A stretch of DNA of 64,000 nt from the human T2T-CHM13v2.0 reference genome, Homo sapiens. Each line of letters begins with the position of its first letter. The stretch's first letter is position 1. Made by a program: the position numbers and the translations under genes. Below, in pieces: positions 13,666 to 28,639 of the stretch. The stretch lies in the NCBI RefSeq assembly GCF_009914755.1, contig NC_060948.1; one strand, written 5' to 3'. The notes beneath the pieces were generated by a model that was not told the origin of the DNA, searched no databases, and saw only the letters and a program-made list of their open reading frames with translations.

Positions 13666-13999
13666 TTAAATTATAAGTAGCTTACCTGATGAGCTACAGT
13701 GTACTGTATACTTTCTCCCCTGCAAGCACTCAAAGAAATATTATTTGATCAAAATCTATAGTGCATAAATTAAACAAAAAATACTGAAATATATTCTCAT
13801 TTTATTTTAATTATGAAAGTTTATTTTTAATGATATGATATTTAAGCTATTATATTTCTCACTTTTTTATTTTCAATGATTTAAATGTAAAAATTATAAA
13901 ACAATTTTAATCTCATTCATTAATTCATCTTTCATGTATAAGTCTGTTTTCTCTGTTGACCACCCTGTCCACATTATGAATGAAAATATGTATATACTT

Positions 14000-14358
<359 letters not shown>

Positions 14359-15683
14359 TTATATTCAATCAATATTTACTAACCTTGTCATTTCACCATG
14401 AAATACTAACTGCATCATTTTGCTGTTTTGTCACCTGCACTCCTCACTGTTGAATTCCATGTTGTAATTGTGTATCTAGCTAGATGTGATGTGCAGCCTG
14501 AGTGTAACAGAAGCACTACAGGACAAGCAGACCTTGAGTAATCTTATATAAATCTAAGCCACATTCCATAAATGCTTCTTGTAGGTGCTTTTGTGTAATA
14601 AATGTATTTTCTTGGCTTTTATGAAGCTTAGTTTGTGTTTATTTTAAATATGACTTAGCTTCCTAGAATATTCAAAGATTCTGTGATAATACAAAGCTAT
14701 ATTTCTTGCATATAATTAGTATTTTTAGAAAGAACTACAGTGCATTTTTTCATACATCGTGCGTGTTCATACATGACATCTTTGGTTTAATGTATTTAGA
14801 ATTAGGAGTTGACTTTTAAAATTCTAGAGTAGCCATAGGTTTCTATTTTTATTGTACGTGTGATACACATTTGTTGTAGAAAAATCTAGAAAATTGTATA
14901 AAGTTTTTAGATGAAGAATTTTAAAATTATTTGTTTTTATTTCAAGCTATAGCAGTGAGTTCTTTATAACAGTAATTCTGTTTGAAGGCTATATAACTTT
15001 TTGAAGTGGTGCATTTTAAAATTATAGAATTATGCTTATTGTTTTATAAACTATACATCCAGGACTTTTTACATGTATTGAAGACTGATTTATTTATTAA
15101 ACATATTGTTTATTTTTATAGATGTATGATTGGACAAATTTATGTAATAACATACCTTGATTAGTTGATAGTGTAATACAGAGGCATGTTACATATCTCC
15201 ATCATGAGACTAAACTCCCCTGAGTAAAAATATCAAGTCTTGATGAAAAAGCTTTTATACTTTAAAAAAATACCATCTAATGTTTTCCAAAAGTTCCCTT
15301 AGAACAACCTAGTTACATAATTATTTCCCAGAATTTTCAGAACTCTTTTAATTTTCCTATATTCTAGATATTTGCAACTGAAATTGTTTTAAATGTTCCT
15401 TTTGAAATAGTTAATTACATTTAATTATCCATACATACACAAATATATCCAATTAATAATAAAACGTTTTTGTCAAGTGAAAAAAATCACAAATCACATT
15501 TCATTAGATTTCAGGTAGTCAAATTGACATAATCATGAAAATGAACTATTCCAATAGATTTTCTAGAAATATTTGTACTTTATCCCTTATCCTAGAACCT
15601 TATATGTACCAATTATATATTGATTTACTTCATAAAATGTTACTGTCTTTTGAATACAGTTGACTTTTAAAAAAATTTTCAGT

Positions 15684-16011
<328 letters not shown>

Positions 16012-16627
16012 TCATTCTTTTTATCTTAAAACTTGGAAGAAACATTAGATACAATAATACTTTCATTAGTCAATTAGAGAAAACTTTAAGTAATAGGCTT
16101 TGACTATTCAGTAGTAGTGAAAAGTAAAACAAATATTGAACTCTAAAGAAAAATGTTATTTACAGAAATCTATAAAATAAACTTTAAAATGTATTTACTT
16201 ATTATATATCAGTTCTAACCTTAATTACAAAATCAATGCAGAGCACCATTTCAATGATATATTATAACTAAAGAGAACTGATCATAAACAACTGTTACAT
16301 TATCCAAAAATATTTTCAGTAATTCAAACATGCAACTTGAATAGTTGTTGAGTGACACAAACTTGAAGTAACTAAAATTATTTTTTTAAATGCACTGGCT
16401 CTTTTGACATGTAAATACAGAAATAGTCTCATATTCAAGGATGGAACAAATACACAAAAATGGAATTTCATGGACTCTCAACACTAGTTTGTGACCTCTG
16501 AAATGAGAGACCATATTTTATTATTATTTTTATTTATTTCATCTCTTGTTATTCAAAACTATGAATTGAGTGTATTTTTTGCAGAAAATTATACTCATCA
16601 TTTATGATGCTCAGATTAAATAATTAC

Positions 16628-16931
16628 TTTTTTGTTTTGTTTTGTTTTGCTTTTTAAGACATAGTCTTGCTCTGTCTCCCAGGCTGGAGTGCAGTGGCCT
16701 GATCTCAGCTCACTGCAACCTCCGCCTCCTGGGTTCAAGAGATTCTCCTGTCTCAGCCTCCTGAGGGACTATAGTCATGTGCCACCACACCCGGCTAATT
16801 TTTGTATTTTTAGTAGAAACGGGGTTTCGCCATTTTGACCAGGCTGTTCTCAAACTCCTGACCTCAGGTGATCCACCTGCCTCAGCCTCCCAAAGTGCTG
16901 GGATTACAGGCGTGAGCCAGCGCACCTGGCC
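16628..16931 (-). mobile_element. AluS-like with a small internal deletion
   Basis: (TTTTG)n tail; ctcctgacctcaggtgatccacctgcc; 5' GGCC at 16928-16931; TSD aaataatta on both sides. Confidence 0.9.
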
Positions 16932-18612
16932 AAATAATTAGTTTTTTTACACAAATTTAATTATCCAAAGAAACTGCTGAGTTATCTTCCAGATTGTTAT
17001 CATGACTGTGTTTACATGATACCAAAACATATGGAGGCAAAATAGAATTTTTTACTACATATAGGGATATTTTGCTGACCTGACAGAATTATTTGACTAC
17101 ATAAAGACACAGAATTTAGTACTACAGAATGATATTGTAAATAGTTTCATTTTCGATAGAAAAAAGAGTTTTACATGCTATATAAAGTTGTCATTATCTG
17201 AATCTAGAATAACTGATAACAGTTAACAACAGAATTCCACACAGTGCTGCAATTCAATTTTACATTTATACATTTTAGTTGTGTATAAAGACATACACTT
17301 ATTTATTTCAAAATGCACACAAATTAAAGAAATGAGAGGGAATGTACACTTAAATCTTTTTAGGTGTCTGAACTGAAAGATAGATGTCTAGAAGTTAATA
17401 TACCTAATTGTGTGTCTAGAGGAAATGTCATATTAATTTGATGTTTAAGCAGTTCTAATGTATTGGTATTAAAATGGGTTAGTGTATGTGTGAGCACAGA
17501 TATGTTTGCATATATGTGTGCATATTTATGTTTCTCAAATTTCTAGCAGAAAAAAGTAATATAAACTTCAAACTAAAGAAAGCTTGTTAAAAGATTTTGC
17601 ATCTACATTTACAATGTTATTGTCCCCTTTTACACCATTATGCCTCGTTTCTAAACTATAATCATCCAGTATCCCTGATATCATCCCATATATAATCTTT
17701 CATTTAGAAAATCCTTGTCATATCCAGTACATTCTGTATGTGTCCTCATGTTTTTTTCTTTTAAAAAAATTATTTGTCTGTTTCCCAAATGATCACAGAT
17801 CCAGTAATGTTAAAGTACATATAAAAAATTAAATTGATTTTTGTTATCTAAGTACTAGTACAGATTCTGCTTCTCTTGCACACACACACAAATAAAGACA
17901 AATTTGCTTTCCATAATAGCCAACTTCTGCCCAGTTGTTATAACTAAAATATATCCAAGTAAAAGTCCATTAAAACAATCCTCTTTATTTTGCATTGTTA
18001 CATTACTTAATTTTAATAATTATGAAAATAAAAAGAAAGAAGTAGTTCTCTGTTAGTCTTCTGTACAATGTCAGATTTGCTGTTTCATGTGTCTTCAACT
18101 TTATGGGTTTAATTTATGTCTTCATCAAATGGCTATGGTATGGATTTACCATAATTATATACATGCGTACATGCCTACCTATGTATATATAAACAAACAT
18201 TTTTGTAAACAGCTCAGTGAGGACTTTGGACTGGCATAAATCATAGGAATATGATTATGAGGATACATCCAATTTTCAGATTGGGCAATGTATACAGTTT
18301 ATTATCATTTCTGATTTTGAGTAGAGTTAGTACTAAGAACAGCATTGAAGAAAAGCAGTATAACATTAAAATTAAGAAGATTTAAAATACAAGAGGATTC
18401 ATAACAGTCACTTTTAAAATATTGTTTTGGCTTTCTACTTTGGAGCTGTAATTTTAAAAAACCAATGAACAGGTTTTTGTATGAATATGTTAGAATGACT
18501 AATTATAGAGCATCTTTCAACTGGAATACATGTAGATACTAACACCTGGTTGTATTTGATGTAATTTCAGTGCATACAGTGTGTGTAATCTGTATTAAGT
18601 GAAATACTTATG

Positions 18613-18618
18613 AATAAA
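18613..18618 (+). terminator. Candidate distal polyadenylation signal AATAAA
   Basis: Several upstream TGTA motifs, CA dinucleotides at 18629 and 18634, and a T/GT-rich downstream stretch. Inference only. Confidence 0.3.
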
Positions 18619-19331
18619 GTTGTTTCTGCATTGCAATAACACATCTTCTGATATTTTTTGAAGTGCTTCTTGTCAGCAGGGGCTACTAGTTTCATTAACA
18701 TCATCAAGGATCCTAAAATATTTTTAGCACAGTGACATCCTACATTCTTCATGGTATAGCTCATTATCTGTGCTGGATTAACCAGAATTTTTATATTGTC
18801 ATTTCTGTTCACCACCATTGTGGTGTAATTGATCTTTTTCGATTAACCCAAAGCAATGAAGTAGTCATATTTACTAAAGTTTTAGTTTCGTGCGTTTTAT
18901 TGTATTAACATTTTTTGAATATTGGTAATGTGGTATCATTTATGAACCACTGTATTTGATAAAGCATTATCGATAACGGAGTTTACCATGAGTTCAGACA
19001 AGATAAATTAAATATTTCTCAAACTCCTACTGTGAGTAAGGCAATGTGGAGAAGGTCAATGGTTATGGTGAGGGATGGGGTATAGGGGGCTAGAAATGTA
19101 GGATGACCAAGGTTCTCCCCTAGTTGCTATTACTGTAAAAAGCCCCCTGTCCAAGGAGTTGAACTGCAAGTATGTTTAATAAAAAAACAAAAAACAAACA
19201 ACTTTCCTTTTTCCAGTGCAGAAAATTTGTGAGTATATAATATCAGGGTTTAAAAAAAAAAAGAAAAAGAAAAAAAGCACATAAAAGTGACAAAATATAA
19301 AATTTCAGTGTTTACTATAATAATTAGAGGG

Positions 19332-19375
19332 GTGTGTGTGTGTGTGTGTGTGTGTGTGTTAGAGAGAGAGAGAGA
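19332..19375. repeat. (GT)n(GA)n compound microsatellite
   Basis: Directly visible. Confidence 0.95.
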
Positions 19376-20016
19376 ATATCACTAGTAAACCACCTCCCAA
19401 GTATGTATTGGGTATGGGCATGCATGTACTTACCCCATTTCAGGAAGCATCCTAAAATCAGCAACACTTTCCTCTCCTCAGTCACATCCAAGCCAACAGC
19501 TATATTATGTTGATAATACCTCCAAAATACCCCTGACATTTGTCCCGTCGCCATTTCCTTTTTCCAGTCTTAGTCACCAGTTACCTGTTCCACTACTAAC
19601 AGGTTGCCTTACTTTCTACTTTCATTTGTTCAATCAATTTTCTACCCTGTACCCATAATACTCCTAAAACACAGGTCTGATCCAGTGAAGCCTGACAGAA
19701 AAGCTTCTCTTTCCTCATTGCACATAGAATAAAGCCTCAATTTTTATATTTTTCAAGGGACTTTGCAATCTTAACCAGTTCTACTTGTTCATTCTATCTC
19801 GTACCTTGCCATGCACCTCGTATTTTTGTCATTTCTTCTGCCACCCCCTCCTCCCTGATCATGGCATGCACTTTGATGCCTCCATAAATCTGCACAATTT
19901 ACCAGAATTATTTTGAGGACTTTTTTTTTGTTAAGACACCGCTGCAAGGACAAAAACAAAAATAAACTGCAGTTGGCGATATTGAAGTGCAACTGTGGAG
20001 ATAGGACAAGAACACA

Positions 20017-20271
20017 TTTTTTTTTTTTTTTTTTTTTTTGAGACGGAGTCTCGCTCTGTTGCCCAGGCTGGAGTGCAGTGGCACGATCTTGGCTCACGGC
20101 AACATCCGCCTCCCGGGTTCAAGCAATTTCAGGCTAATTTTTGTATTTTTAGTAGAGACTGGGGTTACACCCTGTTGGCCAACCTGCTCTCTAACTCCTG
20201 ACCTGAAGTGATCCGCCCGCCTCATTCTCCCAAAATGCTAGGATTACAGGCGTGAGTCACCGCGCCCGGCC
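20017..20271 (-). mobile_element. AluS-like with an internal deletion in the right arm
   Basis: T23 tail; the sequence jumps from gttcaagcaattt directly to caggctaattttt; TSD AAGAACACA at 20008-20016 and 20272-20280. Confidence 0.9.
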
Positions 20272-20665
20272 AAGAACACAATTTTAATACCAGAGAGTAT
20301 ATGACAAAAATGAAGAAATGCTACCTGATTTTATTAAAAATGAAACAAGTCGGCATGCTATCATTTCCTTCCATATCTTTTCAAATCTTAGCATCAACCT
20401 TACATAATTCTTATAAAATTAAAATGTTTCAAATAAATGACTAGGTCATATAACCTGTAAACATCAGTTTCTGGAAACTATTCCCAGAAAATTGTTACAT
20501 TGCTTTTCTTCATTAATTCTAGAAACATTTTTAAAGCTCTATTTTGGATATTTTGATTGTTGTTACACCTTTTGTCCATGAGTTACACTCAAAAAGTATC
20601 AAAGGAAAAATTTAACGCATTTATTGATCTGCATATAGTCCATATACAAAGGGGTGAGAGAACCG

Positions 20666-20667
<2 letters not shown>

Positions 20668-20696
<29 letters not shown>

Positions 20697-20761
20697 GAGA
20701 TGGAGTCTCGCTCTGTCGCCCAGGCTGGAGTGCAGTGGCGCAATCTCGGCTCACTGCAAGC
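20668..20761 (-). mobile_element. Very short AluY 3' fragment (~65 nt plus T29 tail)
   Basis: gagatggagtctcgctctgtcgcccaggctggagtgcagtggcgcaatctcggctcactgcaagc, then an abrupt switch to unique sequence. Confidence 0.9.
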
Positions 20762-21162
20762 GCTTTTAGGCATTTTAGCACAAGAAGCATCTCAGTGTGT
20801 GATTTCTTCAAAGAAAAATATTCCCAGTATGCTATATGGCGAGAAAAAAAGACATTCTTGTCTTCAATAGAGGGACATTTTCTGTGGTGAATAATCACAA
20901 ATCTATATTGACGACTATGGTTTGGATGTGTTTGTGTAGACATAAATCCTGTCGCCGAAGTACTGAGATGAAATGTTCACGCCAAATAGAAATCATTGTG
21001 TCTCTCCGCCCCTCTGCTGAAAATCAAAGTTATCAATTTTGGGAAAACATGAACAGATGGAGAAACCATGGGATATCAAATGTACATATATGTATGTCCA
21101 AATTATAACATGGCAGAGCTACTCTGAAAATGCAGAAACTACATATCCCTACTCAAAACTGA

Positions 21163-21641
<479 letters not shown>

Positions 21642-23369
21642 TTATATGTAGGAAACATTCTGGGAAATTGGGGTTTTGTTTAGTTTAGTTTCTCTTTCAT
21701 ATCTTTCCTAGACAATCTTATATCAGGAGATTCTTAACACCAGCTTTAGGATAAGACATTTCCATGGTACATGTTTTATAAAAAATCGTGACTTATGTCA
21801 CCTCTTTTTGTAAAGGAAATGAAAACCATCATGAATAGGAAAATAATGTTTCTTTTGCTCAGTTACAACTATAGAGAATTTTCAATCATCCCAGATAAAA
21901 TAAAAGCAGCTATTAACATTCTTAAAGTCGGTGACTATTTTCTTCAGTGCACATACCTTGGTAATAGAGGGTCATTATAAAGGGTTAATATAGTGAAAGA
22001 CTAGATATGAAGACAAGACTAAGGACTCAATAACATGAAAAACATAGCAAAAACAGTACATTACCATATTTCTAGTGAACAAATGTTGCTTTTATGTTTG
22101 TGTGGTGTTTTACATTTTCTTGAAGTGCTTCCATCAGGGCATCGGAAAGATTTTTATTCATAAACGCACCCCTCTTATTCCCTTTTAATCTGATAGAGGC
22201 CAAAAGTATGTTTTACTCTGATTTATTTCTTAGAAACAATTATATCTAAAATGAGTCTAACTGAAAAGGTACAATAACAATATTCCAAATATGCCTTAAC
22301 TCTATTTCTACCTCAAATATCACTGTGCTTATGTATGAAATTTCAAATTTCATGGTCCGTTTTTTTTGTTTCATGGAGAAAAATACCATGTCCCTTCTGA
22401 TATGAAATCAGAATCCCAAGAGACAACTCAGAAAATAGACTTGCAACATACCCTTTTTTAGGTTAGTCTGGCATGTAGAATGTGTTAGAACTCCAGATTG
22501 GCTACCACATATAGACATGGGAAGTGTTAGATATACTAACAGATAGAGACTTGTCCTATTAACACATTAAAGAAACATGCTGTAGTTCAGAGCTTCTCAT
22601 CCTCTGGGCACCCTTTGTGACCCTATGTTCACATAGGGGCATGCACCTTGACTCATATAATTTCTGTTAATCCAATAAGAGAAAAAATCTCAGTCAACTA
22701 CACACTTTCTGGATAAGGTGACTCTTTTTACTCAGGAAAACAGTTTTCTGATCATGTTCCCTTATAATACATTTTTATGCCTTTCTTAGCAATATTACTC
22801 TGTGGTATACTTCAGTCAAATCACCTGAACTCTCTCATTCCCTGAGCGGTGGTCACTGTACTCATCACAATGTCTATATACACTGTGTGGAGAGTAAAGT
22901 TTATTTAACCACATAAGCTGCTATTCTGAAAATATATTTTTCACATTGAGAGAAGTATAGTTTGTGTAGCTAAAGCTATACAAGGTGGTTGAGTGTTGGG
23001 AAAAAGAGATTGAGACAGGGAGAGGGTGCTAGTGCTGAAAAGATCAAAAGCCTAACAGGAAAAGAGAAAGAGGTGGTAGGATACAAAAGATCAAAACTAT
23101 GGATTCTCTCGGACATTTCCTCAGTTTCATCAACCTACATATTTATTAGTTTGCCTCTCCCTGGTAATGCCTAGGATTGGTCCTTGCACAAGTTACCATT
23201 TCTGAAGGTTTTACATATTCATGCCCCCAAGTTTTAACACCTTCTCTCATCTCTGACAGAAATATCAAATAATTGTATATATTCTACATGAGGTTTCCCC
23301 TTGCCCAAAGAAACCTAACAGTCCAGAAAGATATTTATGTAAGTTTGATTTCTGTACAGATGTATATAA

Positions 23370-23632
23370 TACTGATATTATATATAATACATATTATATT
23401 ATATGTATATATTTATGTGTATCAAATATTCATTATATTACACATTCCGTATATTTACATATTACATGTATAATATGTAATACACTTTACATACATTATA
23501 CACATATACATATACATATGTTATGTATTATATATTATACATATTATATACATATACACGTATATTATGTATATGTATATATGTATATTATGTACATGTA
23601 TGTAATACACATACATAGTATATATAAATATA
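23370..23632. repeat. Degenerate (TA)/(TACA)-rich low-complexity tract
   Basis: Directly visible; almost only TA, CA and TG steps. Confidence 0.9.
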
Positions 23633-23770
23633 AAGCTAAAATACAGTTAATAGAACTTAAATTTATGTTCCAATTTGAAAAAGAAAAAGATGAAGAGTGT
23701 ATTCTTCTAATAGGAACAAATTTTTGTTTTGGTCTTGGAGAAATATTTTACTTACTTAATTAAGTAATAA

Positions 23771-24062
<292 letters not shown>

Positions 24063-24189
24063 TTATTTTATATTGAGAATGCTCTCTAGTCTTCTGGTTA
24101 TGTTATACTGCCTGACCTAATTTTCAAGACTGTAGTATTACCTATAATCTTTATGAGATTTATTGTTTTACCTGTCTTCAGCTTCTATT

Positions 24190-24435
24190 TTAGAGATGGA
24201 ATGGATCCTTAAAGATCATGTAGTATCCTAGTCTGCCTCTATTATTTGACAAATGATGGAACCAAGGCCCAGAGAAAGAACTGACCTTTAATGAGCAGCT
24301 ATTTTATGTCAGGTAATGTGCTAGGTACCATACCTATGTTAGTTCTTTATCTCAGAGAGGTTATAACATTAGTAAGTGGCAGAGAGACAGTCTATAGTTA
24401 AGTCTGATTGACTCTTAAGTTCTCCTTCCACTATA
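24190..24435. mobile_element. MIR fragments
   Basis: MIR-like core (tttgacaaatgatggaaccaaggcccagaga; agtaagtggcagag...gtctgattgactc). Confidence 0.5.
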
Positions 24436-26449
24436 CTACATCAGAATTCTGGCAGATCCATGGCTCCCCAATCTCCTGGTTTGAAGTCCATAGGCCCTTC
24501 CCTTTTAGCACTAACCTATTACATTTCTCCTCTGCTCTATAAAACACGAAGTTCAATTATATTTTCCCAACACTCTTTGCACCTTCCTAGATGCATTCTC
24601 TTCTATTTAAGCTCAGGCAGATAATCTTGTATATGATTATTTTTATTAGATTTTCATAAAGTTGGCAAGCACTACATTCATTCTGGAAGCTACTATTATT
24701 AGCAGATATTTGCCGTGGAGCATAATTTCCTATGAACACATCAGTTGGGAAATGCAAATAGCATAGACAAGGAAGTCTTTCTTCCTTCACCTACTCCCAT
24801 TTCTAATATATGAACCCAGGACAAACTTTGAAGATAGTAGCTATTCAAAAAGTTTTAACTGAACTTTCTGCAGATATTGTGTTGCAAGCCCTAGCTCTGT
24901 TTTCCATTCTGCCTTTGCAATCTTTAAAATATAATATGATTCTAATGTCCTGCAGTTTGGTAAGTCACAGGATGAGTTTGATGGAGGAGGGAATATATAT
25001 ACATCACCAAATCTAAGTGTAAAGTAATTTTGACATCAATTTATAATGAAAAGGAGCATTTTGATACATTAAATATAGCTATGAATTTCTACCTAGCCTG
25101 ATTAGACTTTTTGGTAATCACCAGAAATATATATCAAATATGGATCATCAGATATCTATAGAAGGGAAGGAAAGTTATCAATTCAAACAATATGAATTTT
25201 CAATTTAGTCAGAATTACTAACTTTTGCTTATATAACATAAATTGGAAATATATTTTGTTTCTGGATTGTGCTTCCTAATTTAACTATTTAATTCATATG
25301 TAACAATTGCAACATTAATTTTTAATATTGTCAAAGATATACAATGCCATACTATAAATACATTTTGTTCCAAAGAGGCAAAGTTCATCATTTATTTAGG
25401 AAGCTGCATTAACTCCTTACGTCCACTTAGGGAACATACATCAAATGCCTCTGCTACATTAAGTTCTAGAAATTAGAATTTATAAAAAGGAGAAAAAGAG
25501 GGAAGGATTAATTCAAGGAAAATTCTGTGAGTGTTTGCTAGGTGCCAGGCATAGTGCTAGGCACACTGAAAAGCAAGGTGTGGTGGGCCATGACTGGGCT
25601 TTAAAGACAGACCTTTTTTTTTCCAAATCTGGATTTGCAGGTTTTAGCTGCATGGTCTTTATCCTGTTTGAACCTCAGGATCTTCATCTTTCTAGTGATA
25701 TCAAGATGTCTAATCAACAGGATCATGAGGAGTAAATTAGATAGTATAAAAAAATGTACATAGCACAGCATAAAGGAGTCAATAAGTATAAGACTTCTTC
25801 TACATAGATGAACTCATCTAATCTTCTTATAATATTACGAGCTAGATATCATTGGTATCATACTCATTTTAAAGATTGAGCTCTCAGAGAGCTCAATAAT
25901 TTGCCCCAGCCGAATTTAGCCAATTTCTTGTTCATTCTCCTGTACCAAAGCTATCTCAGATCAACAGTCTAGGTGATTCTACTTTATTAACTGCTTAATT
26001 AGAGCTCACTTGCATGGTAGGAATGTTGCTTCCTAAACCCTGCCATTGTGTGTTCTTTATGGGAGCCTGAGTAGAAATATTGAGTATAGCTCTGGGCAGT
26101 AATGTAACTTTAAAGCCTTTCCAGTTGTAGGTGAATGTACTTTTAAATATAGCTGATATAAAGTTTTGTCTTCTAATGATAGTGAAAATTATTGACAATA
26201 TTGACTAAGTGGTAGAATCATAAAATGTCAGATGAAGATAAGAGTCAGAATGTGTGCATGACTTGCCCACGGTTATTCAGTTAGATTTTAATAGAATCAG
26301 GTGATGAGTTTTAATCTCCTGACTTTCAGTTCAGGATTCTTACCACTGCATACACATTCTATTTACTATGTGACAACACTGTAACAACTGTATGAAATGG
26401 CATTAAATACTATTAAAATTAAGAAAAAGTGAAGCTAACAAAAACAAAA

Positions 26450-26645
26450 CCATTCTAGGAGCCAGACCATTGTTGAGGTTTAGCTTTCCTATCTAATATA
26501 TCTACTGTGACCTTGGAAAATCAATCATCTTCTCTGTCTGAGACTCAATTTCTTCTTGTGTTAAATGGGGATGATGGATTGTTCAGAACCTCAATGAGAT
26601 GACTTTTCAAAAAGCATTTGTAAAATGAGAACTTTTCATAATTGT
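26450..26645. mobile_element. MIR fragment
   Basis: ctgtgaccttggaaaatcaatcatcttctctgtctgagactcaatttcttcttgtgttaaatggggatgat. Confidence 0.55.
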
Positions 26646-26656
26646 TACCAATACCA

Positions 26657-27170
26657 CGTTTATTAGGGTTCTCTAGAGGGACAGAACCAATAGTATAGAT
26701 GTATATATTACAGGGAGTTTAATAAGGAGTATTGACTCACACTATCACAAGATGAAGTCCCACAATAGGCTGACTGCAAGCTGAGGAGCAAGGAAGCGAG
26801 TTCGAGTCCCCAAACCTCAACAGTAGGGAAGTCGACAGTGCAACCTTCAGTCTGTGGTCAAAGGTCCAAGAGTCCAAAAGCTGAAGAACTTGAAGTCCGA
26901 TGTTTGAGGGCAGGAAGCATCCAGCATGGGAGAGAGATGTAGGCTGGAAGACTCAGCCAGTGTATTCTTTCCAGTTTCTTCTGCCTGCTTTTATTCTAGC
27001 CGTGCTGGCAGCTGATTAGATTGTGTCCACCGATTGAAGGTGGGTCTGCCTTTCCCAGTCCACTGACTCAAATGTTAATCTCCTTTGCCAACACCCTCAC
27101 AGACACATGCAGGAACAATACTTTGCAAACTTCAATCCAATCAAGTTGACACTCAGTGTTAACCATTGTA
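26657..27170 (-). mobile_element. MLT2A/B (HERV-L) 3' LTR
   Basis: tattagggttctctagagggacagaac...gcaagctgaggagcaaggaag...tcaagttgacactcagtgttaaccat; polypurine tract (agtccacccctt on +) directly abuts at 27171. Confidence 0.9.
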
Positions 27171-28225
27171 AGTCCACCCCTTTTCAACTTGAACCCATAT
27201 ACATCTCCTGAAATTATATATATATACATATAAAATCTTCAAATAATTACACCTAACATAATAGAGCTATCCTTTGTATAACTGGAAACACACCAATCCC
27301 CAACCTAAATGTTATTACATAAAGTTAACAATAGTTAAATGCTGATATGAAATCAATGACTCTTATGTCACATGATAAAGAAAAAAGAAAGGAAATAAAA
27401 TGAAGACATTTTCTTAGTACAAGTGTATACATGCACAAACATGTTCTTAACAAAATAAGGAAGAAACACTCATGACAATTATAGTCCTTGTTTCTGCAAC
27501 TGGCCACATGGCCATAGCTGGTATTGATAACTACCTTCTTCTACTGCCCATTCTGTATTCCCTTTGCCTTCAGCAAGCACCTCAGCAGGTTGTGGTTTTT
27601 ACCTGGTGGAGTGGCCCAGACCTTTATTCCTGAAGAGTCTGGACCATTTGTAGTCCTGCCTGGATTGGGCTGTTGTAGTTTCCAATTGACCTTAATCACA
27701 GGGCATGGTAATACCAAGAGATGCCCTAAGGGGTCTCCTTTATTCCATGTATACTATTCCCTACCTCCATTGTGGAGTAGTAGACTGGTTTCATCTCGAT
27801 AGTCGGGGTCAATTACCCCAGCAAACACTGTAACTCCCTTCTTAGCCTGTTGACTTAGAGGTAGGAGGAGCCCAGAGTGGCCAGGTAGCAATCTTAACTT
27901 CCAGTTTAATGGAATTGTTGTTGTGTCTCATGGTGGCAGCATTCCTCCCTCTGGAGTTAAGACCTCTAGGCCAGCAGAACGTAATGTCATGGGAACAGGA
28001 AGCAAAAATTCTTCTAGTAGGTTACTGGGGTGATGGTGAGTGGTGCCACTTCCACTTCCACCACTTGATTCCTGGACCTGTGAATCCTGGCTATGAGAGG
28101 AAGCAGTACCATATATTGGACAGTGATTCAGAGGATACACAGCCTTCTGGAGAACTTTGCCCCATCCCTGTAAGGCCATTCACAATTCTATCAATCCAGC
28201 TGCTTCAGGATGATGGGGAACACTG
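27171..28225 (-). pseudogene. HERV-L internal 3' remnant: decayed integrase C-terminus and dUTPase, PPT
   Basis: Minus-strand peptides PHHPEAAGLIE (integrase core), LQGWGKVLQKAVYPLN, LRSAGLEVLTPEGGMLPP, IPLNWKLRL and GVTVFAGVIDPDY (dUTPase motif III), with stops and frameshifts. Confidence 0.88.
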
Positions 28226-28639
28226 TGGAACTAAACAAGGCTTTCAACCTGCTGTACAATTAGGTTTGCTCCCTCATAAAACACTGAAATGATGGGCCTT
28301 TGATTACAGACATCTCAAGATTTTATGCAAGTATCCAAAATGTCCAACTTATGATTATATGGGGGTGACTGTAAGACTCCTGTGTTTCTGAAATGCAACT
28401 TCTAATTCATGAACTACATTTATACCAAGTATGTCTTAGAATAGCTCATAAGCACATGAAATCAAATTCCATAAAACCACGGGTTTTGTATGGCACTTAA
28501 TTAAGGAAACTGAACAGCTTTCAGTGGCAAGTAAGGCGATTTCAGAAATGGTAACTATAGTGATTCTCCTCAAAATTAGAAAGAGAAGGAGAAAACTGTT
28601 CTTGTGTGTCTACTCTGTGTCAGGCACACTGGGGCCTCA

